The notes: generated from the sequence alone by a model not told the origin. Counted from the first letter of the stretch, positions 16,901 through 25,247 are shown. The stretch is DNA of 31,250 nucleotides from Abditibacteriaceae bacterium (GCA_031425655.1 JANPJS010000314.1:1-31250); one strand, 5' to 3'. Numbers and translations are program-made.

Positions 16901-18106
16901 AGCGGTATCGCACAAAATCTGATCGGGAAAGACCTGCATCAAGCGCGCGGCCAGATTGACAATGCTGCCCACAAGGGCGTATTCGCGCCGCCGTTGGTTG
17001 CCGATTGGCCCGCAAAAAGTCCGGCCCGTCGTGATGCCGATGGAACTGAGCAAGCCTTGTTTTTCCAATTGCGCTTGAATTTCTAAGGCGGCCTGCACGG
17101 CGCGGGCGGCATCGTCTTCGTGAGTGCGCGGCGGCAGTCCGAAGGCTGCAATCAGCACGGTGCCGTTGTTATCTACGATTAATTGGCGAATGCTGCCCTC
17201 GAAACGCGCCAAAGTTGACTGCATCGCGCGCACGGCGGCCTGCACTTGATCGAGAATCGCCGGCGAGTTGTAATTCAATCCTTTAATGTTGACGAACAGC
17301 ACAGTCACGCGGCGAAGCTCGGCCAACCAGTCGGTTTGATCGGCATCCAGACGAAACAAGACGGCTTGCGGCACGTAACCACGCACCGCCGCGTTTACAT
17401 TGCCATCACTCGAAATCACTGCGTCGTTTTGATTAATCGGAGGCGGCGCCTGAATTTCGTGCAGGCGACGATAGCCGAGGTCTAAGGCTTCACTGCGCGC
17501 CGATGCGCTTAAACCTTCGCCCAAATGGTGCCACGCCGCGTAATCCAGCACCAAATCGCCGGGCGCCGCCAGACTTTGCGCGACATACATTTGCGCCAGA
17601 GGCTCGCCGGCCAACTCGAACTGCCAGCAGTCATCCACGCCACCAACGTGCAAAATCTTCACTTTGCCGGCGCTGATGCCCAAGCGCAGCCTCAGTTGCG
17701 CGCCTTCGGTCGGCTCGTAATTGTTGAGTTGGGCTTGAATCGCCAGACCGCAATACGCCGCGCGTTGAGTCAGGCGCGAAAGGTTTTCGCCACTGACGGC
17801 ATCAGACCATACGGCCAACAAAGCATCGCCGGCAAAGCTCAAAACTTCCCCGCCGTGCGCGTGAACCAGTTCGACCAATTGGCCTAAATAATCGTTGAGG
17901 AGCTGCGTTAAGGCTTCGGCTCCCGCCGGGCCGCGCCGCGCAAGCGTTTCGGCGAGAGGAGTAAAACCGGAAATATCCGCAAAAAGCACCGCTGCCGCCG
18001 AATGCTCGATGGCCGCCGCCGTATGAGATGTTGCATCAGCCGCGATACGCCGCAGAATAGCGGGTGGAACGTAGCTGTTCAAGTGTTCCACGAGCGTTGT
18101 TGACAT
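13958..18106 (-). CDS. Tandem class III nucleotide cyclase + STAND/AAA NTPase + TPR-like protein (soluble adenylyl cyclase ADCY10-like architecture)
   Basis: C1: VLFADISGFT, FAGDAL. C2: LRRVTVLFV, AFGLPP.THEDDA.RAV, GITTG, VNLAARLM. GR..E, Walker A GEPGIGKS, Walker B ILEDAHW, GNPFF, RIDRL, helical C-terminus. Confidence 0.93.
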   Translation of the reverse strand: MSTTLVEHLNSYVPPAILRRIAADATSHTAAAIEHSAAAVLFADISGFTPLAETLARRGPAGAEALTQLLNDYLGQLVELVHAHGGEVLSFAGDALLAVWSDAVSGENLSRLTQRAAYCGLAIQAQLNNYEPTEGAQLRLRLGISAGKVKILHVGGVDDCWQFELAGEPLAQMYVAQSLAAPGDLVLDYAAWHHLGEGLSASARSEALDLGYRRLHEIQAPPPINQNDAVISSDGNVNAAVRGYVPQAVLFRLDADQTDWLAELRRVTVLFVNIKGLNYNSPAILDQVQAAVRAMQSTLARFEGSIRQLIVDNNGTVLIAAFGLPPRTHEDDAARAVQAALEIQAQLEKQGLLSSIGITTGRTFCGPIGNQRRREYALVGSIVNLAARLMQVFPDQILCDTATYQAAHSRVQFETLPPVTVKGRTDAVPVFRPQRENGLAQTSAPTQQNSMLGRSAEREKLSHRLDALVAGKSGVVLIEGEPGIGKSRMVADLLAQAKSKGCADLLGAGNAVEISTPYHAWRAVFSHILGVDSIAELQARRTHVLNFFESTPELATPELLRLVPLLNTILPLDFPENDLTAEMAGQVRADNTRDLLRRLLQAFAAKSPTVLILEDAHWLDSASWALALIAQQQVQPLLLVVSTRPLVEPIPAEYKQLLQANGAEQLKLEALPAANILDLVCQRLGITTLAQSVADLIQHKGQGNPFFSEELAYSLRESGIITISDGNCRVAPDISLDSVMLPDSVQGVITGRIDRLAPSQQLLLKAASVIGRVFPFKILRDVYPGKAETAQLPEYLEGLERLDITPRDAPEPNLAHIFKHIITQEVSYNLMLFAQRRELHQTVAQWYERAYTEDLTPYYSLLAYHWGRAEVRPKTIEYCEKAGEQALRDAAYREAVGFFEQALALEALETPKSDSSNRLRRARWERQLAEALIGLGRLLECRAHLEQAAILLQDAVPSTPKQLALGLTSQIMQVANQRVRPVSQAKTEDKTHFIEAARVYERLAQSYFHDNLVARSLYCSLHSLNLAEVGGPSPELARACASASITTGLVPLRRLSHYYDRRALEIAELAGELRAQAWVTNLSGLCSMNVGALDQARQSMEQSVGMAEELGDRRQLIESGALLSLNNHYAGRFAEANAQAVRLYEAAERNGDIQGQVWGFCFQSINLLVLDEVEHAAKLMEAALILLNESVGASLGTQERMEVYGALALVRLRQGEMQAARQAADEVLPILMKPPTTAAIFYSYTSAFEVYLSLCTTEQKVPAGDKTPVQQAARACAALRKFAHVFPLGQSRALLARGELAWLRGKPRFAFRAWRQALRAAERLNMPYDQGRAHLEIARHMKSSDPARRTHLDRACSLFKELGAVYDLKRAQAALSSGTKIA

Positions 18107-18279
18107 AAGAGATGGCAGAACTTGTCAAGGTCAGTTCTGCGTAATGATTGACCGCTCCGAGACGGCGGCGATGCGGAGTTGGCCACTTTCGCCGCGCTTT
18201 TCTTGATGAAGTCGTTTAAACGCGACCACGTCAAAACGGACGCGATTTGGAAAACGCATGAGACACAAAAGCGTCTTCT

Positions 18280-18397
18280 GCCACCCGGCGATGAATCGCC
18301 GGGCTGAAATACGAAGCCTCTGCGAGGCTATTGAGAGGCTTTTTCCCAGCCCCGAAGGGGCTTTGTGTGTCAGCCCGGTCATTTATGACTGGGTGGC
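18280..18397. repeat. REP-doublet (REPIN-like) multi-hairpin element
   Basis: Four mirrored hairpins: CCCGGCGATGAATCGCCGGG, AGCCTCTGCGAGGCT, AGCCCCGAAGGGGCT, CCCGGTCATTTATGACTGGG. Bounded by GCCACCC...GGGTGGC. Confidence 0.8.
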
Positions 18398-18484
18398 GTA
18401 GGCTAATGCGTTTGCCCTGACCTCACTCCCGCGTTAACCACATAAACACCCGAAATTCGCTACACTGGCAGCACACAAAAGGCC

Positions 18485-19759
18485 ATGAGTTCTCCGCAAT
18501 CCCCCGCCAATTACGGCGATGAAAACGTCATTCACGACTATGAAGCGCACGTCAACCCCAGTCTGGCGGCGCTGATGAAGTTCGTCGGCTACGATTCGGT
18601 CGAGGTTTCGGCACAAGGCTGCGTCGTGCGCGATTCGCGCGGGCGCGAGTTTCTCGACTGTTTGGGCGGCTACGGCACGATGAGCGTGGGTTATTCGCAT
18701 CCTCACGTCGTTGCCACGGTGCGCGAGCAACTGGAACGGCAGGCTTTCGGTTCGCGCGCGTTGTTTAGCGCCGCGCAAACGCGACTGGCGAAAAAACTGG
18801 CCGAAATCGCGCCGGGCGACTTGCAATACACCTTTTTTTGCAACAGCGGAACCGAAGCCGCCGAAGCCGCGATTAAGCTCGCGCGCTTGAAAACCGGGCG
18901 CACGAAATTGGTTTCGGCGACCGGCAGTTTTCACGGCAAAACGATGGGCGCGCTTTCGATTTCGGGCCGCGACCGCTATAAAACGCCGTTCGCGCCGCTC
19001 GTGCCCGACTGTGTAAATGTGCCGTTCGGCGATGCACGCGCACTGCGCGAAACCGTTGACGAACACACCGCCGCGCTGCTTTTGGAGCCGATTCAAGGCG
19101 AAGGCGGCATCCTCGTGCCGCCCGATGGTTATCTCAAAGCCGCGCGCGAAATCTGTGACCAAAGCGGGGCGCTGTTAGTTTTCGACGAAGTGCAAACCGG
19201 GCTGGGCCGGACGGGCAAAATGTGGGGCGCCGATTGGGAAAACGTGGCGCCTGACATGATGCTTTTGGCCAAAGCGCTCAGCGGCGGCTGCGTGCCGATT
19301 GGCGCAGTTTTAGGCACTCCGAACGTGTGGGAAGTGTGGACGGAGAATCCGCTTATCCATTCGTCCACGTTTGGTGGCAACCCGTTGGCTTGCGCCGCCG
19401 GATTCGCGGCCATCGAAGCTGTTGAAAACGAGAATCTCGTCGCGCGCTCGCAGGAACAAGGCGAAAAGCTGCGCGCGGCGTTTCGCGCCACGCAAGACAA
19501 GCATCCCGGCTTCGTCAAAGAAGTGCGCGGGCGCGGCCTAATGATCGGCGTCGAATTCGCGCACGACGACGTGGCCGGTTTAGTTATCGCCGGTCTCGTG
19601 GGCCGCAACGTCTTAGCTGCCTACACGCTGAATAACCCGACCGTGATTCGCTTCGAGCCGCCCCTTGTCATCAGCGATGCGCAAATCGCGCAAGTCGCCG
19701 ACGCTTTTGCCGAATCCGTCGCCAGCAGCGCCGAAATGCTTGAAGGAATCGAATTTTAG
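18485..19759 (+). CDS. Class III PLP-dependent aminotransferase (putrescine/acetylornithine aminotransferase-like)
   Basis: FLDCLGGYG, NSGTEA, SFHGKTMGALS, EPIQGEGG, DEVQTGLGRTG, LAKALSGG (PLP Lys), HSSTFGGNP, VRGRGLM, IRFEPPL. Confidence 0.92.
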   Translation: MSSPQSPANYGDENVIHDYEAHVNPSLAALMKFVGYDSVEVSAQGCVVRDSRGREFLDCLGGYGTMSVGYSHPHVVATVREQLERQAFGSRALFSAAQTRLAKKLAEIAPGDLQYTFFCNSGTEAAEAAIKLARLKTGRTKLVSATGSFHGKTMGALSISGRDRYKTPFAPLVPDCVNVPFGDARALRETVDEHTAALLLEPIQGEGGILVPPDGYLKAAREICDQSGALLVFDEVQTGLGRTGKMWGADWENVAPDMMLLAKALSGGCVPIGAVLGTPNVWEVWTENPLIHSSTFGGNPLACAAGFAAIEAVENENLVARSQEQGEKLRAAFRATQDKHPGFVKEVRGRGLMIGVEFAHDDVAGLVIAGLVGRNVLAAYTLNNPTVIRFEPPLVISDAQIAQVADAFAESVASSAEMLEGIEF

Positions 19760-19771
19760 GAGGAGGCAAAT

Positions 19772-19874
19772 AGGGATGAGGGATGAGGGATGAAGGATGA
19801 AAAGCGGCGCCTCGCGCCGGAAAACCACACGCCGCAGGCGCTTTTTCATCCTTCATCCTTCATCCCTCATCCCT
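19772..19874. repeat. Heptamer tandem-repeat hairpin
   Basis: (A[G/A]GGATG)x4 ... (CATCC[T/C]T)x4 inverted arms around a GC-rich spacer. Confidence 0.9.
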
Positions 19875-19881
19875 CCGAAGA

Positions 19882-20352
19882 ATGCCAACAATTACCAGTG
19901 AATTAACAATCGCGGCGCCGCTTGGCCTCGTGTGGGAAATCGCGCAGGACGTGGAAAAGCTGCCGGAAATCATGCCCGATCTCGACTCGGTCAAAGTGCT
20001 TGAAGAAGAGCAAACTTCGACTGCTACGCGTCGCACCGTGACCGATTGGGTCGGACGCATCAAGCAATTCAACCGCAAGGTCGCGTGGACGGAAGAAGAC
20101 ATCTGGAACTACGAAACGCACACCTGCCATTTCTGGCAATTGAAAGGCGACTTCGACGAATATCGCGGCGAATGGCGCTTCGCGCGCGACGGCGCTGGCA
20201 CGCGCGTGACTCTGGAACTGGAATATCGCTTCAACGTGCCGCTGCTCGGCGCGCTCATGGGCAAAGTCGTGCAAAAGCTGATGCAGGACAACAGCGATTC
20301 GATGTTAAAAAGTTTGAAAGCGGAAGGCGAACGCCGCGCTAAAAATGCCTGA
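19882..20352 (+). CDS. SRPBCC/START family (polyketide cyclase/CoQ10-like) lipid-binding protein
   Basis: I.APL..VWEIAQDVEKLPEIMPDL, W.EED.W, GDF..Y.GEWRF, TRVTLELEY. Confidence 0.88.
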   Translation: MPTITSELTIAAPLGLVWEIAQDVEKLPEIMPDLDSVKVLEEEQTSTATRRTVTDWVGRIKQFNRKVAWTEEDIWNYETHTCHFWQLKGDFDEYRGEWRFARDGAGTRVTLELEYRFNVPLLGALMGKVVQKLMQDNSDSMLKSLKAEGERRAKNA

Positions 20353-20369
20353 TTAGCGGGGCTGGCGCC

Positions 20370-20525
20370 CAACGGCATTAAGTTAAGCCGTTCCGACGCG
20401 TAGTTCCTCCCCCTTTGGGGGAGGTTAGGTGGGGGTGACGGCGGCAAAGCCGCCGTCTTGCCCTCCCCCAACCCCTCCCGGAGGGAGGGGAGTTACTTTT
20501 CGCTTCGCTTAACTTAATGCCATTG
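20370..20525. mobile_element. IS4-family-like MITE (156 bp) with target-site duplication
   Basis: Terminal IRs CAACGGCATTAAGTTAAGC / GCTTAACTTAATGCCATTG (18/19). Direct repeat GGCTGGCGCC at 20360-20369 and 20526-20535. Confidence 0.85.
20403..20494. repeat. Poly-C/poly-G palindromic element inside the MITE
   Basis: CTCCCCCTTTGGGGGAGGTTAGGTGGGG...GACGGCGGCAAAGCCGCCGTC...CCCCCAACCCCTCCCGGAGGGAGGGGAG. Resembles the repeats often flanking DUF559 nuclease genes. Confidence 0.75.
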
Positions 20526-20617
20526 GGCTGGCGCCCTCTTCCAAACTTGTGCCTTCAAAAGCCCCGTTTGGAAGAGGGCGCCAGCCCCGCTCACCCAGCA
20601 GTGTGAAAAATGAAGAC

Positions 20618-20657
20618 CAAAAGCGGAGCGTGCATAAAAATGCACGCTCCGCTTTTG
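20618..20657. terminator. Bidirectional rho-independent terminator
   Basis: CAAAAGCGGAGCGTGCAT-AAAA-ATGCACGCTCCGCTTTTG between convergent genes, with A/T tails on both sides. Confidence 0.85.
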
Positions 20658-20670
20658 TTTTCGTAAACGA

Positions 20671-23600
20671 TTATCGCACCGCCGCAACCGTCGTTGCGGC
20701 GCTTTTGGCCGCTTGAAAATCGCGCAGTTCGTAAGTCGCGCCCTGATGGTTGCCGCCGATGCCGGCGCGCAAATAACCGCGTTCGGGCGCCGCAAAAGCG
20801 ATGGATTCTACCTGTGCCGGCAGGCCGAGTTTGATTAAAGCTTTGTGCAAATCGAAACTTGCGCTGTGCCATTGATTGTCGGCGCTAACGCCTTCGATCT
20901 TGCCCAACCGCAGTTCGGCATCCACAGCCACAGCAGTTAAAGCGGCGCGGGCCTGATCGCCCGTAAAGCCGATTTCGCGCCAGCGTCCGCCGGATTTCAC
21001 GTAAAGGTTCAAGAACACGTTTTGCGGCACGCGATAATCGAATTTCAAAACCGGGCGCGTGGCGGCGTCGAGTTGCCCGCGCGTCACGAAAAGCGTCCAA
21101 TCGCCGCCGCTTTGCGGATTCGTCACGCGCAACGCTGAGTTTTTGCCGTCCGAGACGTTCTCAAAGCGCGCCGAAGTATGCAAAACATCATCGCGGCGCG
21201 GCGACCATTCGCCCAACGCGTTCGGCGTTTTCGGCGAAGCGGCCAGCAATTCGCCGACATTTTCGGCCCCGGCATCGGGCGCGGTTTCCAAGCCGGCGTG
21301 CCACAAGCGCACGCGCGCGATGCTCAGGCCGAAGTCGTGTGTCCAGAACGCAAAGCGGCCCGGCTTATCGAAGGCATCCGGCGGCGTTTTGGTATCAAGG
21401 TAACTGGCGATCTCCTTGCCGTTGACGACCCAGCGAAAACGCAACCCTTGCGGCGTGGCGCGCCGTTCGAGGCGAATATAATACCAGTCCTGATGAATGC
21501 TGCCGGTCACGCTCGGCATAATGGACGGCGTCTTCAGCACCACATCGGCGCCGCGCAAAATCAAGTGTTCGGCACCACCGCGCGGCGCGAAAACAAACGA
21601 ATAGCCCGAATCCAAGTCGCGTCCGTCGGCGCCGACGGTGAGGTTGAGGTCTTGCGGATTGCGCTCGCCGCGCGTTTGATCCATCGGCGTAGCGACATAA
21701 GCTTCCAGCGTCCAATCGCCTTTTGTAGAAAAGCGGCTCCACAACGTCGGAGACACGGCATTGTCACCCCTGAAAAAGCCGAATTGCGGCTGGCACGTCC
21801 AGCGTTCGGCCACTTCCCAGCGACCGCGCGCCGCGAACCAGTCGGTCGGCGCGCCGGTAAAGGTGTAATCGAGCCGCGATGCGGTCTCGGCCACAGTATC
21901 TTCGAGACTCAGTGCATTTGCGGCGACTTTAACCGGCTGGCCCGACTCGAAATTGGCGATAACCGGCGCGATGTTGAGCAAGCGCATCACGATTTTGGTG
22001 CCGGACGAGCTGGCCGGCGCGGTCTCTGAGAACAGCATTTTGCCGTCTAAAGCCACGCGCAGCGCGACTTGCTCATCCCCCACAAGCCGCCTCACGAAAC
22101 GCAGCGACGGGCGCGATTTTTCACCTTTGTCATCGCCGGGAACGCGCGGCGCGCTCGCGGTTTTGACCAGCGTTTCGCCTTCGTAAAGCTTGAATTGCCA
22201 GTTATCTCCCTCGCGCTCGATTTCCAGCCGTGCGCCGCCGGGCCGCGCGGTTTTGCCATCGTCCTGCGGAGTTTTCACCAGTTGCAAGCCTTTCTGCGGG
22301 ATGGGTTTGAAACCGGCGTCGTCGCTGAGATTGTCGCGCAGATGCAGCGTCAAGCGTGCGCCGGAAGCTATGTCAGGGACGGGCGCCGTCAATTCGGCAT
22401 CGCTGAAAAAATCGCCGGTGTGCATGAAAATCTGCTCGCGCCCGGTCGTTTTACTGCCGCCTTGCGCCAGCAGCATAAAGCGTGCTTTCAGCGCAGAATT
22501 GTCGGAGATATTGCGCCACGCCGCCGCATTCGAGGCCCACGAACGCATCAAGCGGTCTTTCTGAAAGCGGTCGGGCAAAGGCGGCTCGCCGATTCCGGGC
22601 GGCAGGGCTAAAACGCGAAACGAGGTTGCCGCCAATTCACCCGTCGGCCCATCGGCCCAAAGCCCGACTCGTCCGGCGGGGATGGCGCTGACCGTCACGG
22701 TCGCTACTGCATCTTTACTGCGCAAGGTGATTACACCGTCGCGCCATTCGACACTGAGTTGAGGCACCGGCGAACCTGCTTTACGCAGAGATTTATTAAG
22801 CTCACTGGCTAAAATGCTCCCCACGCCGTTGGTAAATTCCACGATTTCCAGCATTCCTGCGCGCTCGCGGGCTATGAAGTAGTTTTTCTCGTCGCGCATC
22901 CCGAAAGCCATACCGGCGGAGGGCGAAATAGCTTTTGGTCTCGGTGCATTGCCGGATTCAAAGCTCGCTTCAATCAACCCTTCTTCGCGTCCGGCATCGC
23001 CAGTGAGAGAAATCGCCGGCCCTGCCGAGACTTTCACGCGCCCGGCGCTCCGCGCGCCGTCTGCCTTACGCGTTTGCCATTCGCCGCTCAAATCGTCCCA
23101 ACGCCCGCCCGAAGACAGCGAAAAATCGTCGCTGAGAGCATCGCTGGCCGCGATGCGCACGTCGTCGAAATCCACGAAATTGCCGCCACCCGTCGTGGCG
23201 CGCAATGCGGCTTCGCCCTGCGCCAGAGCGCGGCTTTGCCAGCCCGCCGGGCTTGCCGGCGAGGCCACGCGCAAACGCTCGACGCCGTCCACCAAAAGGC
23301 GAATCGTGCCGGGGCCGGGATCGAGAAACACGCGATGCCACTGGTTGGGCGCGCACGAAAACGGCGCGCTTTGCGCTAACACTTCGCTGCCCTGCCGCAA
23401 ACTGGCGCGCCCGCTGCGAAAATCCACTTCGCCGACCAAAGAAAGACCATTCGTCTGCCCGTAAGCCGCCACTCCGGCCACCAGAGGCGCGTCTGGGTTC
23501 TTTAACATGGGCCGCAGGGCGACGGCAACGCTGTAATCGCTCCAAAACCACTTACCGACTGCCGAAATCGCCCCGCCCGACGCTTTGCTTTCGGCGCGAT

Positions 23601-24366
23601 AAACGAACGGATTCGGGTTCAGAGAGGAATCGAAGCGCACGCGCGTGTCCATCATCGTGCTGGTTTTCCAACTGCCGGAAACCACACGCCATTCGCTGCT
23701 CGATTGCTTAACGGGAGCCGCCACGGGCGTGACTTTCGCCAGTTTGGGCAGACCCACGCCCAATATTTCATCGGGCGGCACGCTGGCGTCCTGCGGGCCT
23801 TGCGCGGTCATAAAATCGTCTTGCTTAATCACCGGTTCGGTCGGCTGCAAACGCGGTTCGTAGAACTTCGCGCCCAGCGCCGCCGTGCCGATTTTGCCGC
23901 CTGCGAACGGACCAAAAGCGCTGAGAATCACGCGCCCGTTCCATAAAGCGCGCATCCGCCACGCCGAGCGTTGAATCGTCAATTGCCCGTCGCGCACACC
24001 GGCTAAATTCACTTGCGGCTCGCCTAAAGGCGTCACACGCGCGCCGGCCACGCGCCAAAACGAAAACGCCGTCGCCTTGCCGTCGTTGTGAACGCGCAGC
24101 AGCAAATGCTCTTGTGCGCCGGCGTAATGAAAAGCCACGCGCGCTTCAAAAGGGCCGGCATTTCCGGCCTCTAAGCGCGCGGCCCAACTCCATGTTTCTT
24201 CGAGATCATCGTCGGCAAAAGCGTAATTCCAATCCACGAGAGCCGGCATCGCCACGGCTTGCGGAGCGGGCGCGGCGAAAACGGGATTTTCAAAAACCGC
24301 AGTAATAAAGGGAACAACAAGGCAAAAGCCGAATTTTTTCAGCGCGAAAGCAAAGCGAAACTGCAT
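20671..24366 (-). CDS. Large secreted hypothetical protein, probably with repeated beta-sandwich (LamG/ConA-like) domains
   Basis: 1231-aa ORF with signal-peptide-like N-terminus and recurring W...SG.W, DDF, W.DY and NQWH motifs. No catalytic motif recognised. Confidence 0.75.
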   Translation of the reverse strand: MQFRFAFALKKFGFCLVVPFITAVFENPVFAAPAPQAVAMPALVDWNYAFADDDLEETWSWAARLEAGNAGPFEARVAFHYAGAQEHLLLRVHNDGKATAFSFWRVAGARVTPLGEPQVNLAGVRDGQLTIQRSAWRMRALWNGRVILSAFGPFAGGKIGTAALGAKFYEPRLQPTEPVIKQDDFMTAQGPQDASVPPDEILGVGLPKLAKVTPVAAPVKQSSSEWRVVSGSWKTSTMMDTRVRFDSSLNPNPFVYRAESKASGGAISAVGKWFWSDYSVAVALRPMLKNPDAPLVAGVAAYGQTNGLSLVGEVDFRSGRASLRQGSEVLAQSAPFSCAPNQWHRVFLDPGPGTIRLLVDGVERLRVASPASPAGWQSRALAQGEAALRATTGGGNFVDFDDVRIAASDALSDDFSLSSGGRWDDLSGEWQTRKADGARSAGRVKVSAGPAISLTGDAGREEGLIEASFESGNAPRPKAISPSAGMAFGMRDEKNYFIARERAGMLEIVEFTNGVGSILASELNKSLRKAGSPVPQLSVEWRDGVITLRSKDAVATVTVSAIPAGRVGLWADGPTGELAATSFRVLALPPGIGEPPLPDRFQKDRLMRSWASNAAAWRNISDNSALKARFMLLAQGGSKTTGREQIFMHTGDFFSDAELTAPVPDIASGARLTLHLRDNLSDDAGFKPIPQKGLQLVKTPQDDGKTARPGGARLEIEREGDNWQFKLYEGETLVKTASAPRVPGDDKGEKSRPSLRFVRRLVGDEQVALRVALDGKMLFSETAPASSSGTKIVMRLLNIAPVIANFESGQPVKVAANALSLEDTVAETASRLDYTFTGAPTDWFAARGRWEVAERWTCQPQFGFFRGDNAVSPTLWSRFSTKGDWTLEAYVATPMDQTRGERNPQDLNLTVGADGRDLDSGYSFVFAPRGGAEHLILRGADVVLKTPSIMPSVTGSIHQDWYYIRLERRATPQGLRFRWVVNGKEIASYLDTKTPPDAFDKPGRFAFWTHDFGLSIARVRLWHAGLETAPDAGAENVGELLAASPKTPNALGEWSPRRDDVLHTSARFENVSDGKNSALRVTNPQSGGDWTLFVTRGQLDAATRPVLKFDYRVPQNVFLNLYVKSGGRWREIGFTGDQARAALTAVAVDAELRLGKIEGVSADNQWHSASFDLHKALIKLGLPAQVESIAFAAPERGYLRAGIGGNHQGATYELRDFQAAKSAATTVAAVR

Positions 24367-24408
24367 AGCGCAAGCTTAGACAGCCCGTTGCGCGGACGGT
24401 TCCTGAGG

Positions 24409-24567
24409 CTGGATTCTGGATTCTGGATTCTGGATTCTGGATTCTGGATTCTGGATTCTTGATGCTGGATAAGCAACGCTTCTTATCGAGCATCGAGCAT
24501 CGAGCATCGAGCATCGAGCATCGAGCATCGAGCATCAAACATCCAGCATCAAGCATCAAGCATCCAG
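24409..24567. repeat. Opposed heptamer tandem-repeat arrays
   Basis: (CTGGATT)x7 plus 2 degenerate copies, a short spacer, then TATCGAG, (CATCGAG)x6 and 5 degenerate CATC[C/A]A[G/A] copies running into the GNAT stop codon. Confidence 0.95.
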
Positions 24568-25236
24568 TTCTTTTTCCATTTCCCAGCGCGTGACGCGGTA
24601 GCCGTTGGCGCGATAAAGCGCTGTCGCGGCTTCGTTGGCGGCGGTGACGGTCAGGCGCAGGCGATGAATGCCGCGTCCGCGAAAAAAATCATCGGCCTGA
24701 AGCATCAGTTCGGCGCCGAGATTCTGGCCGCGCAAATTCGGCGCGACGTAAACATTGTTGACGTAGCCGTAGCGCTCGTTCGTCCAGGTGTTTTCGCAGG
24801 CCACGACCCATAAAAAGCCGACTAATCCGCCTTCAGAGGCGCGGCCATCCAGCACGAACAGCCCGTGATGGTTATCCAGCGTGGCGCGCAGCAAATCGTG
24901 GCGAAAGGCTTGGGCGAAGCCGCGTGTGAAGTGAAAATCGGGGAAATTCAGCGAATAGGTGTCTTCCTGAAAAGCGCAGACGCTGTCGGCATCGCTTTCG
25001 ATATGAAATTCGCGCAGCGCGATGCGTCCATCGGAGCCGACCCAGCGCAGCGCCGGACGCGGCAGGGCGTGCGTAGAGCTTGCTCGTTCGACGGGCGCGC
25101 GCGCCGGGGAAGGAGCCAGGCCCAGCATTCGCGCGACTTCGCCCAACGCGCCGCCGGGCACCGTCGTGGCGGCTTCACCCGCTGCTGCGGGCCGTGAATC
25201 GGGCTGCGTGCGCTCCCAAAATCGTCGGAGTCTCAT
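24556..25236 (-). CDS. GNAT family N-acetyltransferase
   Basis: YVNNVYVAPNLRGQNLGAELM, RLRLTVTAANEAATALYRANGY. Start taken at ATG 25236, after the upstream gene stop. Confidence 0.85.
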   Translation of the reverse strand: MRLRRFWERTQPDSRPAAAGEAATTVPGGALGEVARMLGLAPSPARAPVERASSTHALPRPALRWVGSDGRIALREFHIESDADSVCAFQEDTYSLNFPDFHFTRGFAQAFRHDLLRATLDNHHGLFVLDGRASEGGLVGFLWVVACENTWTNERYGYVNNVYVAPNLRGQNLGAELMLQADDFFRGRGIHRLRLTVTAANEAATALYRANGYRVTRWEMEKELDA

Positions 25237-25247
25237 CGGATTCCAAT

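Larger units (their letters stand above)
20356..20590. repeat. Host palindrome interrupted by the MITE
   Basis: Removing the MITE and one duplication restores GCGGGGCTGGCGCCCTCTTCCAAAC ... GTTTGGAAGAGGGCGCCAGCCCCGC, a perfect 25-bp stem. Confidence 0.85.

Noticed and set aside
18115..18259. Small hairpin and short ORF upstream of the cyclase as a riboswitch or leader peptide
   Set aside because: Only an 8-bp stem is present, with no recognisable aptamer consensus or RBS.
24259..24559. ORFs with LDSGFWI and MLDARCS peptide repeats
   Set aside because: They are translations of the heptamer DNA arrays, which give 7-aa repeats in every frame. There is no other coding evidence.
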